Source of the DNA: Escherichia phage vB-Eco-KMB38
Length of the DNA stretch: 64,000 nucleotides
Strand: one strand, 5' to 3'
Sequence record: OR525701.1
Under the pieces are notes generated by a model that saw only the letters and a program-made list of their open reading frames with translations, did no database searches and was not told the origin of the DNA. Position 1 is the stretch's first letter. Every line of letters begins with the position of its first letter. This document shows, piece after piece, positions 1 to 9,218 of the stretch. Made by a program: the position numbers and the translations under genes.

Positions 1-149
1 TCCAAACCACTGGTCTTTCTAAAGCAAAACGTAGACAAATCGCTCGTAAGGTCGTTAAAGCTAAAAAAGCTAACCCTTCAGGCCAAGTTAAAGGCTTGCG
101 TAAGCGTAAAAAGGCTCTTAAACGTCGTAAAGCATTAGGATTAAGCTAA
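1..149 (+). CDS. 3' end of upstream late gene, very basic C-terminal tail ([16 protein letters not shown]...[16 protein letters not shown]); probably prohead core protein gp68 by synteny
   Basis: Open frame entering the window, stop TAA 147-149 overlapping the gene 21 ATG (TAATG); position immediately upstream of gene 21 as in T4. Confidence 0.45.
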   Translation, partial: QTTGLSKAKRRQIARKVVKAKKANPSGQVKGLRKRKKALKRRKALGLS

Positions 150-790
150 TGAATAAACCCGAGTTACTTATTGAAACTTGGGGTCAACCCGGTGAGATTA
201 TTGATGGCGTTCCAATGTTGGAATCTCATGATGGAAAAGATTCTGGCTTAAAACCAGGGCTTTATATAGAAGGTATTTTTCTTCAGGCAGAGGTTGTTAA
301 CCGAAATAAACGTTTATATCCTAAACGCGTTTTGGAAAAAGCAGTAAGTGACTATATTAAAGAACAAGTCGCAACCAAACAAGCCCTTGGAGAATTAAAC
401 CATCCACCTCGTGCAAATGTTGACCCTATGCAAGCCGCTATCATTATTGAAGATATGTGGTGGAAAGGAAACGATGTATATGGACGTGCTAGAATTATTG
501 AAGGCGACCATGGTCCCGGCGATAAATTAGCTGCTAATATACGAGCTGGCTGGATTCCAGGTGTTTCCTCTCGTGGTCTTGGTTCTTTAACCGACACCAA
601 TAAAGGGTACCGTATCGTGAACGAAGGATTTAAATTAACCGTCGGCGTAGATGCCGTATGGGGACCTTCTGCTCCAGATGCTTGGGTTACTCCTAAACAA
701 ATATCAGAATCAGAAAATTCGGTGGAAACCACCAAAAACAGTGCTGATGAAGCATTTAAAGCTCTCGCAGAGAGTTTAAAAGCATTATAA
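149..790 (+). CDS. 21: prohead core protease gp21
   Basis: 213 aa, close to T4 gp21 length; conserved position before gene 22 and 23. Confidence 0.92.
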   Translation: MNKPELLIETWGQPGEIIDGVPMLESHDGKDSGLKPGLYIEGIFLQAEVVNRNKRLYPKRVLEKAVSDYIKEQVATKQALGELNHPPRANVDPMQAAIIIEDMWWKGNDVYGRARIIEGDHGPGDKLAANIRAGWIPGVSSRGLGSLTDTNKGYRIVNEGFKLTVGVDAVWGPSAPDAWVTPKQISESENSVETTKNSADEAFKALAESLKAL

Positions 791-793
791 ATA
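786..793 (+). promoter_or_regulatory. T4-type late promoter TATAAATA upstream of gene 22
   Basis: Exact TATAAATA about 30 nt upstream of the gene 22 ATG at 824. Confidence 0.6.
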
Positions 794-823
794 ATAATGT
801 AATCTAAACCACAGGACACTAAA

Positions 824-1636
824 ATGATCAAAGAACAACTTTTGAAAGAAGCTCAGAATATCGAGACTTCAGTTGCTCTTAATAGTGTTTTCGAATCAGT
901 AGAACTGTCTCCGGACGTTAAAGCTAATTTCAGCACTGTATTCGAAGCCACCGTTAAGCAGGAAGCAGTCAAACTGGCTGAATCTCATATTAAAGCCATC
1001 GCCGAAAAAGCCGAAGAAGAAGTTGAAAAGGCTAAAGAAGATGCTGAAGAGAAAGCTGATAAAAAATTGGCTGAACAAGCTTCTAAATTCCTAGACCATC
1101 TTGCAAAAGAATGGCTCGCAGAAAACCAAATCGCAGTTGATAAAGGCATTAAAGCTGATTTGTTCGAATCCATGCTTGGTGGTCTGAAAGAACTGTTTGT
1201 TGAACATAACGTTGTTGTTCCAGAAGAATCTGTAGATGTTGTAGCAGAAATGGAAGAAGAGCTGGCCGAACATAAAGAAGAAACCGCTCGTTTGTTCGAA
1301 GAAGTTGCCAAACGTGATGCATATATCAATTACGTTCAGCGTGAAACCGCTATTAATGAAAGCGTAAAAGACCTGACTGAATCTCAGAAAGAAAAAGTTA
1401 TTGGCCTGGTTGAAGGTATGGATTATTCTGACGCATTTGGTACTAAGTTAACTGCTATTGTAGAAATGGTTAAAGGTTCTACTAAAGAAGAAGCCGCTAT
1501 TACCGAAAGTATAAATACAGTTGACAATGACGCTGCCGGTCTTAATTTTGTTGCCGAAGCAGTTGACACTACCACAACTCAGGTAGAACAGAATTCTAAT
1601 GTAAGTTTATATGCGAAAGTCGCATCTCGTTTCTAA
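824..1636 (+). CDS. 22: prohead core scaffolding protein gp22
   Basis: 270 aa acidic, Ala/Glu/Lys-rich coiled-coil-like protein between 21 and 23, as T4 gp22 (269 aa). Confidence 0.88.
   Translation: MIKEQLLKEAQNIETSVALNSVFESVELSPDVKANFSTVFEATVKQEAVKLAESHIKAIAEKAEEEVEKAKEDAEEKADKKLAEQASKFLDHLAKEWLAENQIAVDKGIKADLFESMLGGLKELFVEHNVVVPEESVDVVAEMEEELAEHKEETARLFEEVAKRDAYINYVQRETAINESVKDLTESQKEKVIGLVEGMDYSDAFGTKLTAIVEMVKGSTKEEAAITESINTVDNDAAGLNFVAEAVDTTTTQVEQNSNVSLYAKVASRF
1510..1517 (+). promoter_or_regulatory. candidate late promoter TATAAATA inside the 3' part of gene 22, upstream of gene 23
   Basis: Exact TATAAATA on + strand about 140 nt before the gene 23 start. Confidence 0.4.
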
Positions 1637-1653
1637 TTTAAAGGTTAACACAA

Positions 1654-3222
1654 ATGACTACTATCAAAACTAAAGCTCAGCTCGTAGATAAATGGAAAGA
1701 ACTGCTGGAAGGTGAAGGCCTGCCGGAAATCGCTAATAGCAAGCAGGCTATTATCGCTAAAATCTTCGAAAACCAGGAAAAAGATTTCGAAGTATCCCCT
1801 GAATATAAAGACGAGAAAATCGCTCAGGCATTTGGTTCTTTCTTGACCGAAGCTGAAATTGGTGGTGACCACGGTTATAATGCTCAGAACATCGCAGCAG
1901 GTCAAACCTCTGGTGCAGTAACCCAAATTGGGCCAGCAGTTATGGGTATGGTTCGTCGTGCTATTCCTAATCTGATCGCTTTTGATATTTGTGGTGTTCA
2001 GCCTATGAACAGCCCTACCGGTCAGGTATTTGCTCTCCGTGCAGTATATGGTAAAGACCCTATCGCTGCAGGCGCTAAAGAAGCTTTCCATCCGATGTAT
2101 GCCCCAGACGCGATGTTCTCTGGTCAGGGTGCTGCTAAGAAATTCCCAGCTCTGGCTGCTGACACTACTACTGTTGTAGGTGATATCTATACTCACTTCT
2201 TCCAAGAAACTGGTACTGTATATCTGCAAGCTTCTGCTGTCGTAACACTTGATTCTAGTGCGACTGATGCAGCTAAATTAGATGCAGAAGTTAAGAAACA
2301 AATGGAAGCTGGTGCACTGGTAGAAATCGCTGAAGGTATGGCTACTTCTATCGCTGAACTTCAGGAAGGTTTCAACGGTTCTACCGATAACCCATGGAAT
2401 GAAATGGGCTTCCGTATCGATAAACAAGTTATTGAAGCTAAATCTCGCCAGCTGAAAGCTGCTTACTCTATCGAATTAGCACAAGACCTCCGTGCAGTAC
2501 ACGGTATGGATGCTGATGCTGAACTGAGTGGTATTCTGGCTACAGAAATTATGCTAGAAATCAACCGTGAAGTTGTTGATTGGATTAACTACTCTGCACA
2601 GGTTGGTAAATCTGGTATGACCCTGACTCCGGGTTCTAAAGCTGGTGTATTTGACTTCCAGGACCCGATTGATATCCGTGGTGCTCGTTGGGCCGGTGAA
2701 AGCTTTAAATCTCTGTTGTTCCAGATTGATAAAGAAGCAGTTGAAATTGCTCGTCAAACCGGTCGTGGTGAAGGTAACTTCATTATCGCTTCCCGTAACG
2801 TAGTTAACGTACTGGCTTCAGTTGATACTGGTATTTCTTACGCTGCACAGGGTCTGGCTTCTGGTTTTAATACCGACACTACTAAGTCTGTATTTGCCGG
2901 TGTACTTGGTGGTAAATACCGCGTATACATCGACCAGTATGCTAAACAGGATTACTTCACCGTTGGTTACAAAGGCGCTAACGAAATGGATGCAGGTATT
3001 TACTATGCTCCTTACGTTGCACTTACCCCACTGCGTGGTTCCGATCCTAAGAACTTCCAGCCGGTAATGGGCTTTAAAACTCGTTACGGTATCGGTGTTA
3101 ACCCGTTTGCTGAAAGTTCCCTGCAGGCTCCAGGTGCTCGCATCCAGTCCGGTATGCCGTCTATCCTGAACAGCCTTGGTAAGAACGCTTACTTCCGCCG
3201 TGTATATGTAAAAGGCATCTAA
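1654..3222 (+). CDS. 23: major capsid protein gp23
   Basis: 522 aa; T4 gp23 is 521 aa; RBS AAGG before ATG; conserved synteny. Confidence 0.96.
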   Translation: MTTIKTKAQLVDKWKELLEGEGLPEIANSKQAIIAKIFENQEKDFEVSPEYKDEKIAQAFGSFLTEAEIGGDHGYNAQNIAAGQTSGAVTQIGPAVMGMVRRAIPNLIAFDICGVQPMNSPTGQVFALRAVYGKDPIAAGAKEAFHPMYAPDAMFSGQGAAKKFPALAADTTTVVGDIYTHFFQETGTVYLQASAVVTLDSSATDAAKLDAEVKKQMEAGALVEIAEGMATSIAELQEGFNGSTDNPWNEMGFRIDKQVIEAKSRQLKAAYSIELAQDLRAVHGMDADAELSGILATEIMLEINREVVDWINYSAQVGKSGMTLTPGSKAGVFDFQDPIDIRGARWAGESFKSLLFQIDKEAVEIARQTGRGEGNFIIASRNVVNVLASVDTGISYAAQGLASGFNTDTTKSVFAGVLGGKYRVYIDQYAKQDYFTVGYKGANEMDAGIYYAPYVALTPLRGSDPKNFQPVMGFKTRYGIGVNPFAESSLQAPGARIQSGMPSILNSLGKNAYFRRVYVKGI

Positions 3223-3246
3223 TCTTAATTGATTAAATCTTATTTT

Positions 3247-3270
3247 GGGAGACTTCGGTCTCCCATTTTT
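3247..3270 (+). terminator. intrinsic terminator after gene 23
   Basis: Perfect hairpin GGGAGAC-TTCG-GTCTCCC (3247-3264) followed by a T-run. Confidence 0.8.
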
Positions 3271-3274
3271 GGTT

Positions 3275-3544
3275 TTATTTCTGTGCAATTTCGATGTAAG
3301 TTTTCAAAATATTTTGCCAATTAGGCATACCTTCTTGGACATATGCTGGAGAACCGTCTTTGTTTTTGAATGATGCAAGTTTATCAGTGGCCCAATAACC
3401 TTTAGCTCGAGCTTCAGAATCAACTTTCATCCATACTTTGTTGAAGGCATTACCATTAACTTTTGCACCATATTTTTCTACTAACTTAACGGCTTCAGTT
3501 TCCAGAACTTTTAAAGTATCTCGTAAGAAACGTGCTTTAGTCAT
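3275..3544 (-). CDS. hypothetical protein, 89 aa, antisense to the flanking late genes
   Basis: ATG start with GAGGAG RBS; own early-type promoter upstream; no recognisable domain. Confidence 0.55.
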   Translation of the reverse strand: MTKARFLRDTLKVLETEAVKLVEKYGAKVNGNAFNKVWMKVDSEARAKGYWATDKLASFKNKDGSPAYVQEGMPNWQNILKTYIEIAQK

Positions 3545-3574
3545 TTTGTTTACTCCTCTGTAGTTGATAAGTCT

Positions 3575-3604
3575 ATAGTATCACATACCAAATACGTTGT
3601 AAAC
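3575..3604 (-). promoter_or_regulatory. early sigma70-type promoter (GTTTAC -35, TACTAT -10) for the 89-aa ORF
   Basis: rc reads GTTTACAacg...N17/18...TACTAT then AGACTTATCAAC leader, matching the recurrent early-promoter pattern in this window. Confidence 0.55.
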
Positions 3605-3610
3605 AATCTT

Positions 3611-3618
3611 TATAAATA
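3611..3618 (+). promoter_or_regulatory. late promoter TATAAATA for gene 24
   Basis: Exact TATAAATA 28 nt upstream of the gene 24 ATG. Confidence 0.65.
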
Positions 3619-3645
3619 ATCTATATCACATAAGGAAAAAATGCA

Positions 3646-4929
3646 ATGAGTAAAATCCAAAAATTATTGCGTGAATCTACAACGTCTACTAGCAACTCAA
3701 TTGGTCGCCCAAATCTCGTTGCTTTGACTCGCGCTACGACTAAATTAATATATTCTGACATTGTAGCAACACAAAGAACTAATCAACCTGTTGCTGCTTT
3801 TTATGGTATCAAATATCTTAACCCAGATAATGAATTCACATTTAAAACTGGTGCTACTTATGCGGGTGAAGTTGGATATGTAGACCGAGAAAAAATTACT
3901 GAGCTCACAGAAGAATCAAAAGTCACACTAAATAAAGGTGATTTTTTCAAATATAATAATATCGTCTATAAAGTGTTAGAAGATACACCATTTGCAGATA
4001 TTCAAGAAAGTGATCTAGAATTAGCTCTTCAGATTGCAGTCGTTCATTTAAAGGTACGGTTATTTTCAGATGCAGCGGTAACAAGCAAATTTGAAAGCTC
4101 CGATAGCGAAATTTCTGATGCAAGATTCCAGATTAATAAATGGCAAACTTCAGTCAAATCTCGTAAACTTAAAACCGGCCTCACGGTTGAATTAGCGCAA
4201 GATTTGGAAGCGAATGGATTTGATGCCCCTAACTTCTTAGAAGATTTGCTTGCTACTGAAATGGCAGATGAAATTAATAAAGATATTCTTCAGTCTTTAA
4301 TTACTGTATCGAAACGTTATAAAGTTACTGGAATTACTGACACTGGATTTATTGACTTGAGCTATGCATCCGCTCCAGAAGCAGGTCGTTCATTATATCG
4401 AATGGTGTGTGAAATGGTATCGCACATTCAAAAAGAGACAACTTATACTGCAACGTTTTGTGTAGCCTCAGCTCGTGCAGCTGCTATTCTTGCTGCTTCC
4501 GGTTGGTTAAAACATAAGCCAGAAGATGACAAGTATCTTTCACAAAATGCTTATGGATTCTTGGCAAATGGATTACCTCTTTACTGCGATACCAACAGCC
4601 CGTTAGATTATGTTATTGTGGGTGTTGTGGAAAATCTCGGTGAAAAAGAAATTGTAGGGTCCATCTTTTATGCTCCATACACTGAAGGAGTAGATTTAGA
4701 TGACCCGGAACATGTTGGTGCATTTAAAGTTGTAGTTGATCCAGAAAGCTTGCAACCGTCTATCGGATTATTGGTTAGATATGCTTTATCAGCAAATCCT
4801 TACACAGTAGCAAAAGACGAAAAAGAAGCGAGAATAATTGATGGTGGGGACATGGATAAAATGGCAGGACGTTCAGACTTGTCTGTTTTATTAGGTGTTA
4901 AACTACCAAAAATTATCATTGATGAATGA
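3646..4929 (+). CDS. 24: capsid vertex protein gp24
   Basis: 427 aa, identical length to T4 gp24; gp23-like; synteny. Confidence 0.93.
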   Translation: MSKIQKLLRESTTSTSNSIGRPNLVALTRATTKLIYSDIVATQRTNQPVAAFYGIKYLNPDNEFTFKTGATYAGEVGYVDREKITELTEESKVTLNKGDFFKYNNIVYKVLEDTPFADIQESDLELALQIAVVHLKVRLFSDAAVTSKFESSDSEISDARFQINKWQTSVKSRKLKTGLTVELAQDLEANGFDAPNFLEDLLATEMADEINKDILQSLITVSKRYKVTGITDTGFIDLSYASAPEAGRSLYRMVCEMVSHIQKETTYTATFCVASARAAAILAASGWLKHKPEDDKYLSQNAYGFLANGLPLYCDTNSPLDYVIVGVVENLGEKEIVGSIFYAPYTEGVDLDDPEHVGAFKVVVDPESLQPSIGLLVRYALSANPYTVAKDEKEARIIDGGDMDKMAGRSDLSVLLGVKLPKIIIDE

Positions 4930-4930
4930 A

Positions 4931-4960
4931 AAAAAAAAGGGACCTTACGGTCCCTTTTTT
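4931..4960. terminator. bidirectional intrinsic terminator between gene 24 (+) and rnlB (-)
   Basis: A8 - GGGACC-TTAC-GGTCCC - T6: hairpin flanked by A-run and T-run, functional on either strand. Confidence 0.8.
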
Positions 4961-4962
4961 CG

Positions 4963-5961
4963 TTATGATACTAATTCAATCCATGCAGGACGCAGAACAT
5001 CTTGCACCATTCGGACTAATTCTTTCTTAACAAGATTCGGATTATCAGATGATGCTAATACAATACCTTCACGAGAAGTTTCTTCCAGAATATCTTGAAC
5101 AGTCAGTCCCATCACTTTGCCAAAATCTTTTGGCGTTACAACCCCAATCTTAGAAATCACATTATTAACACGATTTAATGTAACATAACAAGCTAGAACA
5201 TCAAGCAAGTTTTTGTCAATTTCGGTTAATGGAACCTGAGTTTTAACAGGTTTATCAGACTTTTTCTTTTCACTGAATTTAGAGTTCTTGCACTTAATAG
5301 CTACACGAGTACCGTTTGGCAGCCATTTAGGGAAACAAGGCTTCAGAACATAACCTTCTGCAGTATTATTACCAATAACATTAGCATCAAATACACAATT
5401 ATTTGCTTCGACAAGGTCTTCTGACGCAGTAGCATTATAAGCGGCTAAGACAGAATCAAGGTCGTTTGGAATCATGATAAGAGCATCAAATGTTCCGCGA
5501 CCAAGCATCGGGGCCATTTTAAAACCGAATTCATTACAGAAATCTTGCATTTCATAATCGGTCAAATACGTATTATCACCACTTTCTGTATTGATAAGGA
5601 TATCGAACACATAAAAATCTTTTTCACCGTAGTCAACACCTTTCTGGATTCCACCACCGGCGAATTCACCGAATACTTGATACGATACGGCTCGAGCTGT
5701 GTACATGAATTCCTGAACAGCTTTAATAGCTTTATCATACTTCTTGAGTACGATTTCATAACCATAAAAATCTTCTGCTGGAAGAATAGGGCCTGTGCGC
5801 TTGGCGCATGTGACGTTGTCACGTTCAATTATTAACGAGAAGTTGGTCCCATGGATTTTCTCACGTGCTACCCAAACACCAGTAGTCAAACCATTAGTGT
5901 AGAGTTTTTCAATAAACTTAGAGTTGTAGTGGTTTTCAAGACTGCTGTATTTCTTAAACAT
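4963..5961 (-). CDS. rnlB: RNA ligase 2 (Rnl2)
   Basis: 332 aa; N-terminus [21 protein letters not shown] and adenylylation motif KIHGTNFS as in T4 Rnl2. Confidence 0.95.
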   Translation of the reverse strand: MFKKYSSLENHYNSKFIEKLYTNGLTTGVWVAREKIHGTNFSLIIERDNVTCAKRTGPILPAEDFYGYEIVLKKYDKAIKAVQEFMYTARAVSYQVFGEFAGGGIQKGVDYGEKDFYVFDILINTESGDNTYLTDYEMQDFCNEFGFKMAPMLGRGTFDALIMIPNDLDSVLAAYNATASEDLVEANNCVFDANVIGNNTAEGYVLKPCFPKWLPNGTRVAIKCKNSKFSEKKKSDKPVKTQVPLTEIDKNLLDVLACYVTLNRVNNVISKIGVVTPKDFGKVMGLTVQDILEETSREGIVLASSDNPNLVKKELVRMVQDVLRPAWIELVS

Positions 5962-6052
5962 AAATCACCATTATAAATAATAATATCAAAATAATTAGCA
6001 GAGACTCTGTCTCCGACCGGATGTTTAATTTGAATGGATAGAACCTAGATTC

Positions 6053-6078
6053 ATTATACCATCAAAAAATGTAAAGCA
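6053..6078 (-). promoter_or_regulatory. candidate MotA-dependent middle promoter upstream of rnlB
   Basis: rc reads MotA box TGCTTTA then about 13 nt then TATAAT. Confidence 0.4.
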
Positions 6079-6080
6079 TA

Positions 6081-6332
6081 TTAGAACTTGATTTCTATCC
6101 AATGACCATCACGCTGGTCGTGATTAATTTTATACTGAAAGCCATTATCACGTAACCACTGACCGACTTGCTCAGTGATAGTTAAATCATTCTTTGACGG
6201 GTAGTACGTGAATTGTGTCTGACCTTTGTCAGCAGCTTTCTCTGCCATCACAGAGAAGTTAGTAATAAAATCACTCAACAAATTAGCTTTAGTGGCCAGA
6301 GCCCTTTCTCTTAATTCCTGTGCAAAACTCAT
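6081..6332 (-). CDS. hypothetical protein 83 aa (24.2-like position)
   Basis: ATG start, stop overlaps next ORF start; synteny between rnlB and hoc. Confidence 0.5.
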   Translation of the reverse strand: MSFAQELRERALATKANLLSDFITNFSVMAEKAADKGQTQFTYYPSKNDLTITEQVGQWLRDNGFQYKINHDQRDGHWIEIKF

Positions 6333-6535
6333 TTCTTCACCTTTTTGTTAATCAAACGTTTACGGTATACAACTTTTTCTTTTGCTTTAAACTTTGACCG
6401 AGCTGTCTCGGCTTTAGTCCATAGTAATCCAACTTCTTTAGGTTGTAAACCGATTTTTTGAGCAATTTCTACGAATGAAAATCCCGCCTCATGTAATGTA
6501 TAAACTTCAACCTCAGTTCTCATAATCAATCTCAT
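6329..6535 (-). CDS. small basic protein 68 aa with helix-turn-helix-like segment (24.3-like position)
   Basis: Motif LHEAGFSFVEIAQKIGLQPKEV resembles an HTH; lysine-rich C-terminus. Confidence 0.5.
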   Translation of the reverse strand: MRLIMRTEVEVYTLHEAGFSFVEIAQKIGLQPKEVGLLWTKAETARSKFKAKEKVVYRKRLINKKVKK

Positions 6536-6603
6536 GTTATCGAGTTGGTGTCATTATATACATCAATCTCAAGTCGTGTTTTTATGCTTTAAAAACGAAG
6601 AAA

Positions 6604-6617
6604 GGGGCCGAAGCCCC
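6604..6617 (-). terminator. terminator hairpin after hoc
   Basis: GGGGC-CGAA-GCCCC hairpin; rc is followed by a U-rich tract. Confidence 0.6.
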
Positions 6618-6623
6618 TTACGA

Positions 6624-7754
6624 TTATGGATATGTATAGATGATACCAGTTTCTAAAGCAGTTTTATGGATGATATATCCATTACGCGATTCTTGAACAT
6701 CAACTTCTGGATAATCTTTCATCATCTTCTGGAGAGTGTAACGATGCAGGTAGTATTTACTATCTGGGTCGTCAATTTTCCAATCTTTACCTTCTTCAGT
6801 CATTTTTTGGATTTCATCCATAACCCACCAACCGCACCAGATGTAAGCTGAAGTACGATGTGGAAGAGGATGAACATAAGGTAGTTCACCTTCTGGTTCC
6901 GGAGCAACTTTATCAGTTACCTGAACTTGACCCGTCGTTTTAACTGTTTTACTATCATAATCGGTTGCAGTAACAACTGCAGTAACTTCAATAGTTTGAC
7001 TTCCAACAGATGAGGTATCAACTGTATACACATTAGTCGATCCTTCTACAGGAGAAGAATCTTTCTTCCATGAATAAGTAATTTGTGCCGATTCTGGTGC
7101 ACCAGTCACATTAGCAGTAAATGTAGCCGAAGCATCTTGTTGAACACTAATAGAAGGAGGAGTCAATGTAACCTGTGGATTCATTGTCTTCTTATTAACA
7201 GTCAGTGATACTTCATTAGAAGTAACTTCTTTTGCATTATAATCATCAGCAGTTACTTGGGCTACGCATTTAATTCTTTTGACTCCATTTGTAGTTGGAG
7301 TATAGTTAAATGTAGAGTTAGTTTCTCCACTAATTTGAGAATCGTCAACATACCATTGATACGTAGCAGATGCACCTGATGGCTGCGAAGCCAAAGCAGC
7401 AGTAAATTTAACAGCTGTTCCAATTACTCCTGCTGGAGGACTATTGGGAGTTACGGCTAATGTAGTCGTCTGGGTTTTGTTTTTGACTGTAATAGTTGTA
7501 CTAATTTCAGCTGTTTCAGCTTCACTGTCAGGAACTGGATTTGTTGCAACTACTTTAATAGTTTTTTGTCCAGCAGGACCCTTTAATACATAACTAAAAG
7601 TTGCTGACGTTTCTTCCTGTGGAGCATCGTCTACAGTCCAAGCATATGTAATAGGTCCGTCTCCAGTTTGACCGCTGGGCGTAGCAGTAAACTGCTTAGT
7701 CTGATCTATAACTCCGGTAGGCGTTTTAGGAGTTATATCAACTGTAAAAGCCAT
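6624..7754 (-). CDS. hoc: highly immunogenic outer capsid protein Hoc
   Basis: 376 aa as T4 Hoc; three to four Ig-like repeats (TYxW...V...KxxG) and conserved C-terminal capsid-binding domain. Confidence 0.9.
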   Translation of the reverse strand: MAFTVDITPKTPTGVIDQTKQFTATPSGQTGDGPITYAWTVDDAPQEETSATFSYVLKGPAGQKTIKVVATNPVPDSEAETAEISTTITVKNKTQTTTLAVTPNSPPAGVIGTAVKFTAALASQPSGASATYQWYVDDSQISGETNSTFNYTPTTNGVKRIKCVAQVTADDYNAKEVTSNEVSLTVNKKTMNPQVTLTPPSISVQQDASATFTANVTGAPESAQITYSWKKDSSPVEGSTNVYTVDTSSVGSQTIEVTAVVTATDYDSKTVKTTGQVQVTDKVAPEPEGELPYVHPLPHRTSAYIWCGWWVMDEIQKMTEEGKDWKIDDPDSKYYLHRYTLQKMMKDYPEVDVQESRNGYIIHKTALETGIIYTYP

Positions 7755-7763
7755 AAGTTATCC

Positions 7764-8432
7764 TTATTTTAATGTTACGAAAGAAGAATTACGAGTTTCG
7801 CGAATTAGAACTGATCCATCGCGATTAATATAATAAATTAAGCTAAATAATGTTTGGTGTGCCGACGCATGTTCAAAACTGGTTGGGCGAGATTTCCAAT
7901 CAGGTGTTTCGGCTATCCATTGATAAATCCACCAAGGAACAGTAACATACCCTGGGCCTTTGCCTAATTTAATGAGTGTAGGACTAAAATTTTCAGGCAG
8001 AACAAATTTTACTTCTTTATTTACTTCTGGCTCAGGCTCTTTTTCAGATTCAACAACCTGAGTAATTGCTTCTTCAAATTTATCATGGTCGAATTCTATT
8101 TCTTGTTCGACAACTTCTAATACTTCAACTTGTTCTGCCGGAGAATCAAACAACAGAATAGCTTCTTCTTTAACTTCTTCGTTGGTGAAATTAACACCGT
8201 CCACATCATCTGCGGCAGTAATTAAATCGGTGATAGATAATCCATCAGTTTCAGGTAATGGTTCATTAGCCAGTGCGTTAAGAGCTTCTTCGATATCAAT
8301 AACAATATTATCGAATGATTTTGTTTTCTTAACACTAATACCAAATTGTGCCGCATATTCAAACAGTTTAGCTTTGGCTTCCTTTTTATCAGAAAGAGCA
8401 CGTAACTCTTCAATATAGTCTTTATCGATCAT
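7764..8432 (-). CDS. inh: Inh (inhibitor of prohead protease, hoc.1)
   Basis: 222 aa acidic protein at the hoc-uvsW position where T4 has inh (226 aa). Confidence 0.7.
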   Translation of the reverse strand: MIDKDYIEELRALSDKKEAKAKLFEYAAQFGISVKKTKSFDNIVIDIEEALNALANEPLPETDGLSITDLITAADDVDGVNFTNEEVKEEAILLFDSPAEQVEVLEVVEQEIEFDHDKFEEAITQVVESEKEPEPEVNKEVKFVLPENFSPTLIKLGKGPGYVTVPWWIYQWIAETPDWKSRPTSFEHASAHQTLFSLIYYINRDGSVLIRETRNSSFVTLK

Positions 8433-8445
8433 GGTATTTCCTCAT

Positions 8446-8453
8446 TATAAATA
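8446..8453 (+). promoter_or_regulatory. late promoter TATAAATA upstream of the homing endonuclease gene
   Basis: Exact TATAAATA 29 nt before the ATG at 8482. Confidence 0.45.
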
Positions 8454-8481
8454 TAACTATATTTATTACATGGAAAAGAGT

Positions 8482-9213
8482 ATGTATCACTTTGTTTATG
8501 AGACCGTAAATTTAATTAATGGTAAAAAGTACATTGGCAAACATTCTACAGAAAATTTAAATGATTCGTATCTAGGGTCAGGTGTTGCCTTAAATCGCGC
8601 TATCAAAAAATACGGAGAAGAATCATTTAAACGTTCAATAATTAAACAATTTGAAACTTCCGCTGAAGCTTTAGAATACGAAGCTCAGTTAGTAACAGAG
8701 GATTTGGTCAAATCTAACGAGTATTATAATATGCGCCAAGGCGGTGAAGGTGGAAGGTATAAGTACACCGAAGCTGATAAGACTAAAATGTCTAATAGTG
8801 CTAAAGAACGAATAAAGAGGCTTGGTCATAATCTTTTAGGAAAACACAGATCGGAAGAAACAAAAAGAAAACTATCTGAAACAAATAAACGTCGATACTC
8901 TGAAGACCCAACATGCCACGGGCGGTATGGTACAGGAAAGCCAAAGATTGATAAAATTAAAGGTCCTAAAAATCCTACAACTCTAAATAAAATTTGTGTT
9001 AACAACGGTAAAGAAAACAGATTTATATCAGCCGAGGACCCGATGCCTGAAGGATTTGTAAAAGGAATGGTCCAACTTAATAGAAAATCTAGAAAGGGCT
9101 GTGAAGTAAAACCTACGACCACCGGCAGAATATGGGTAAATAACGGGGCTATAAATAAATTAGTAAATCCGTTATCCATCCCAGATGGATATGTTAAAGG
9201 CCGTTTAAGGTAA
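8482..9213 (+). CDS. GIY-YIG homing endonuclease (seg-like, at the T4 segE locus)
   Basis: N-terminal GIY-YIG module (YHFVYETVNLINGKKYIGKHS...YLGSG...R...E...N) plus repeated NUMOD3-like K/R-rich motifs; start chosen at ATG 8482 after GGAAAAGAG RBS (ORF track frame opens at 8431). Confidence 0.85.
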   Translation: MYHFVYETVNLINGKKYIGKHSTENLNDSYLGSGVALNRAIKKYGEESFKRSIIKQFETSAEALEYEAQLVTEDLVKSNEYYNMRQGGEGGRYKYTEADKTKMSNSAKERIKRLGHNLLGKHRSEETKRKLSETNKRRYSEDPTCHGRYGTGKPKIDKIKGPKNPTTLNKICVNNGKENRFISAEDPMPEGFVKGMVQLNRKSRKGCEVKPTTTGRIWVNNGAINKLVNPLSIPDGYVKGRLR

Positions 9214-9218
9214 TTATT

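Noticed and set aside
352-831. 159-aa ORF antisense within gene 21, and similar embedded ORFs inside genes 22, 23, alt, nrdA, gp34, gp37 and gp38 in the six-frame track
   Set aside because: Fully contained in well-supported genes on the opposite strand or in another frame, with low-complexity or Ser/Cys-rich translations and no RBS; treated as spurious.
5972-5979. TATAAATA on the + strand pointing into the - strand genes rnlB/24.2
   Set aside because: An 8-bp AT-only motif is expected by chance in AT-rich DNA; no + strand gene downstream. Left uncalled, though antisense late transcription is possible.
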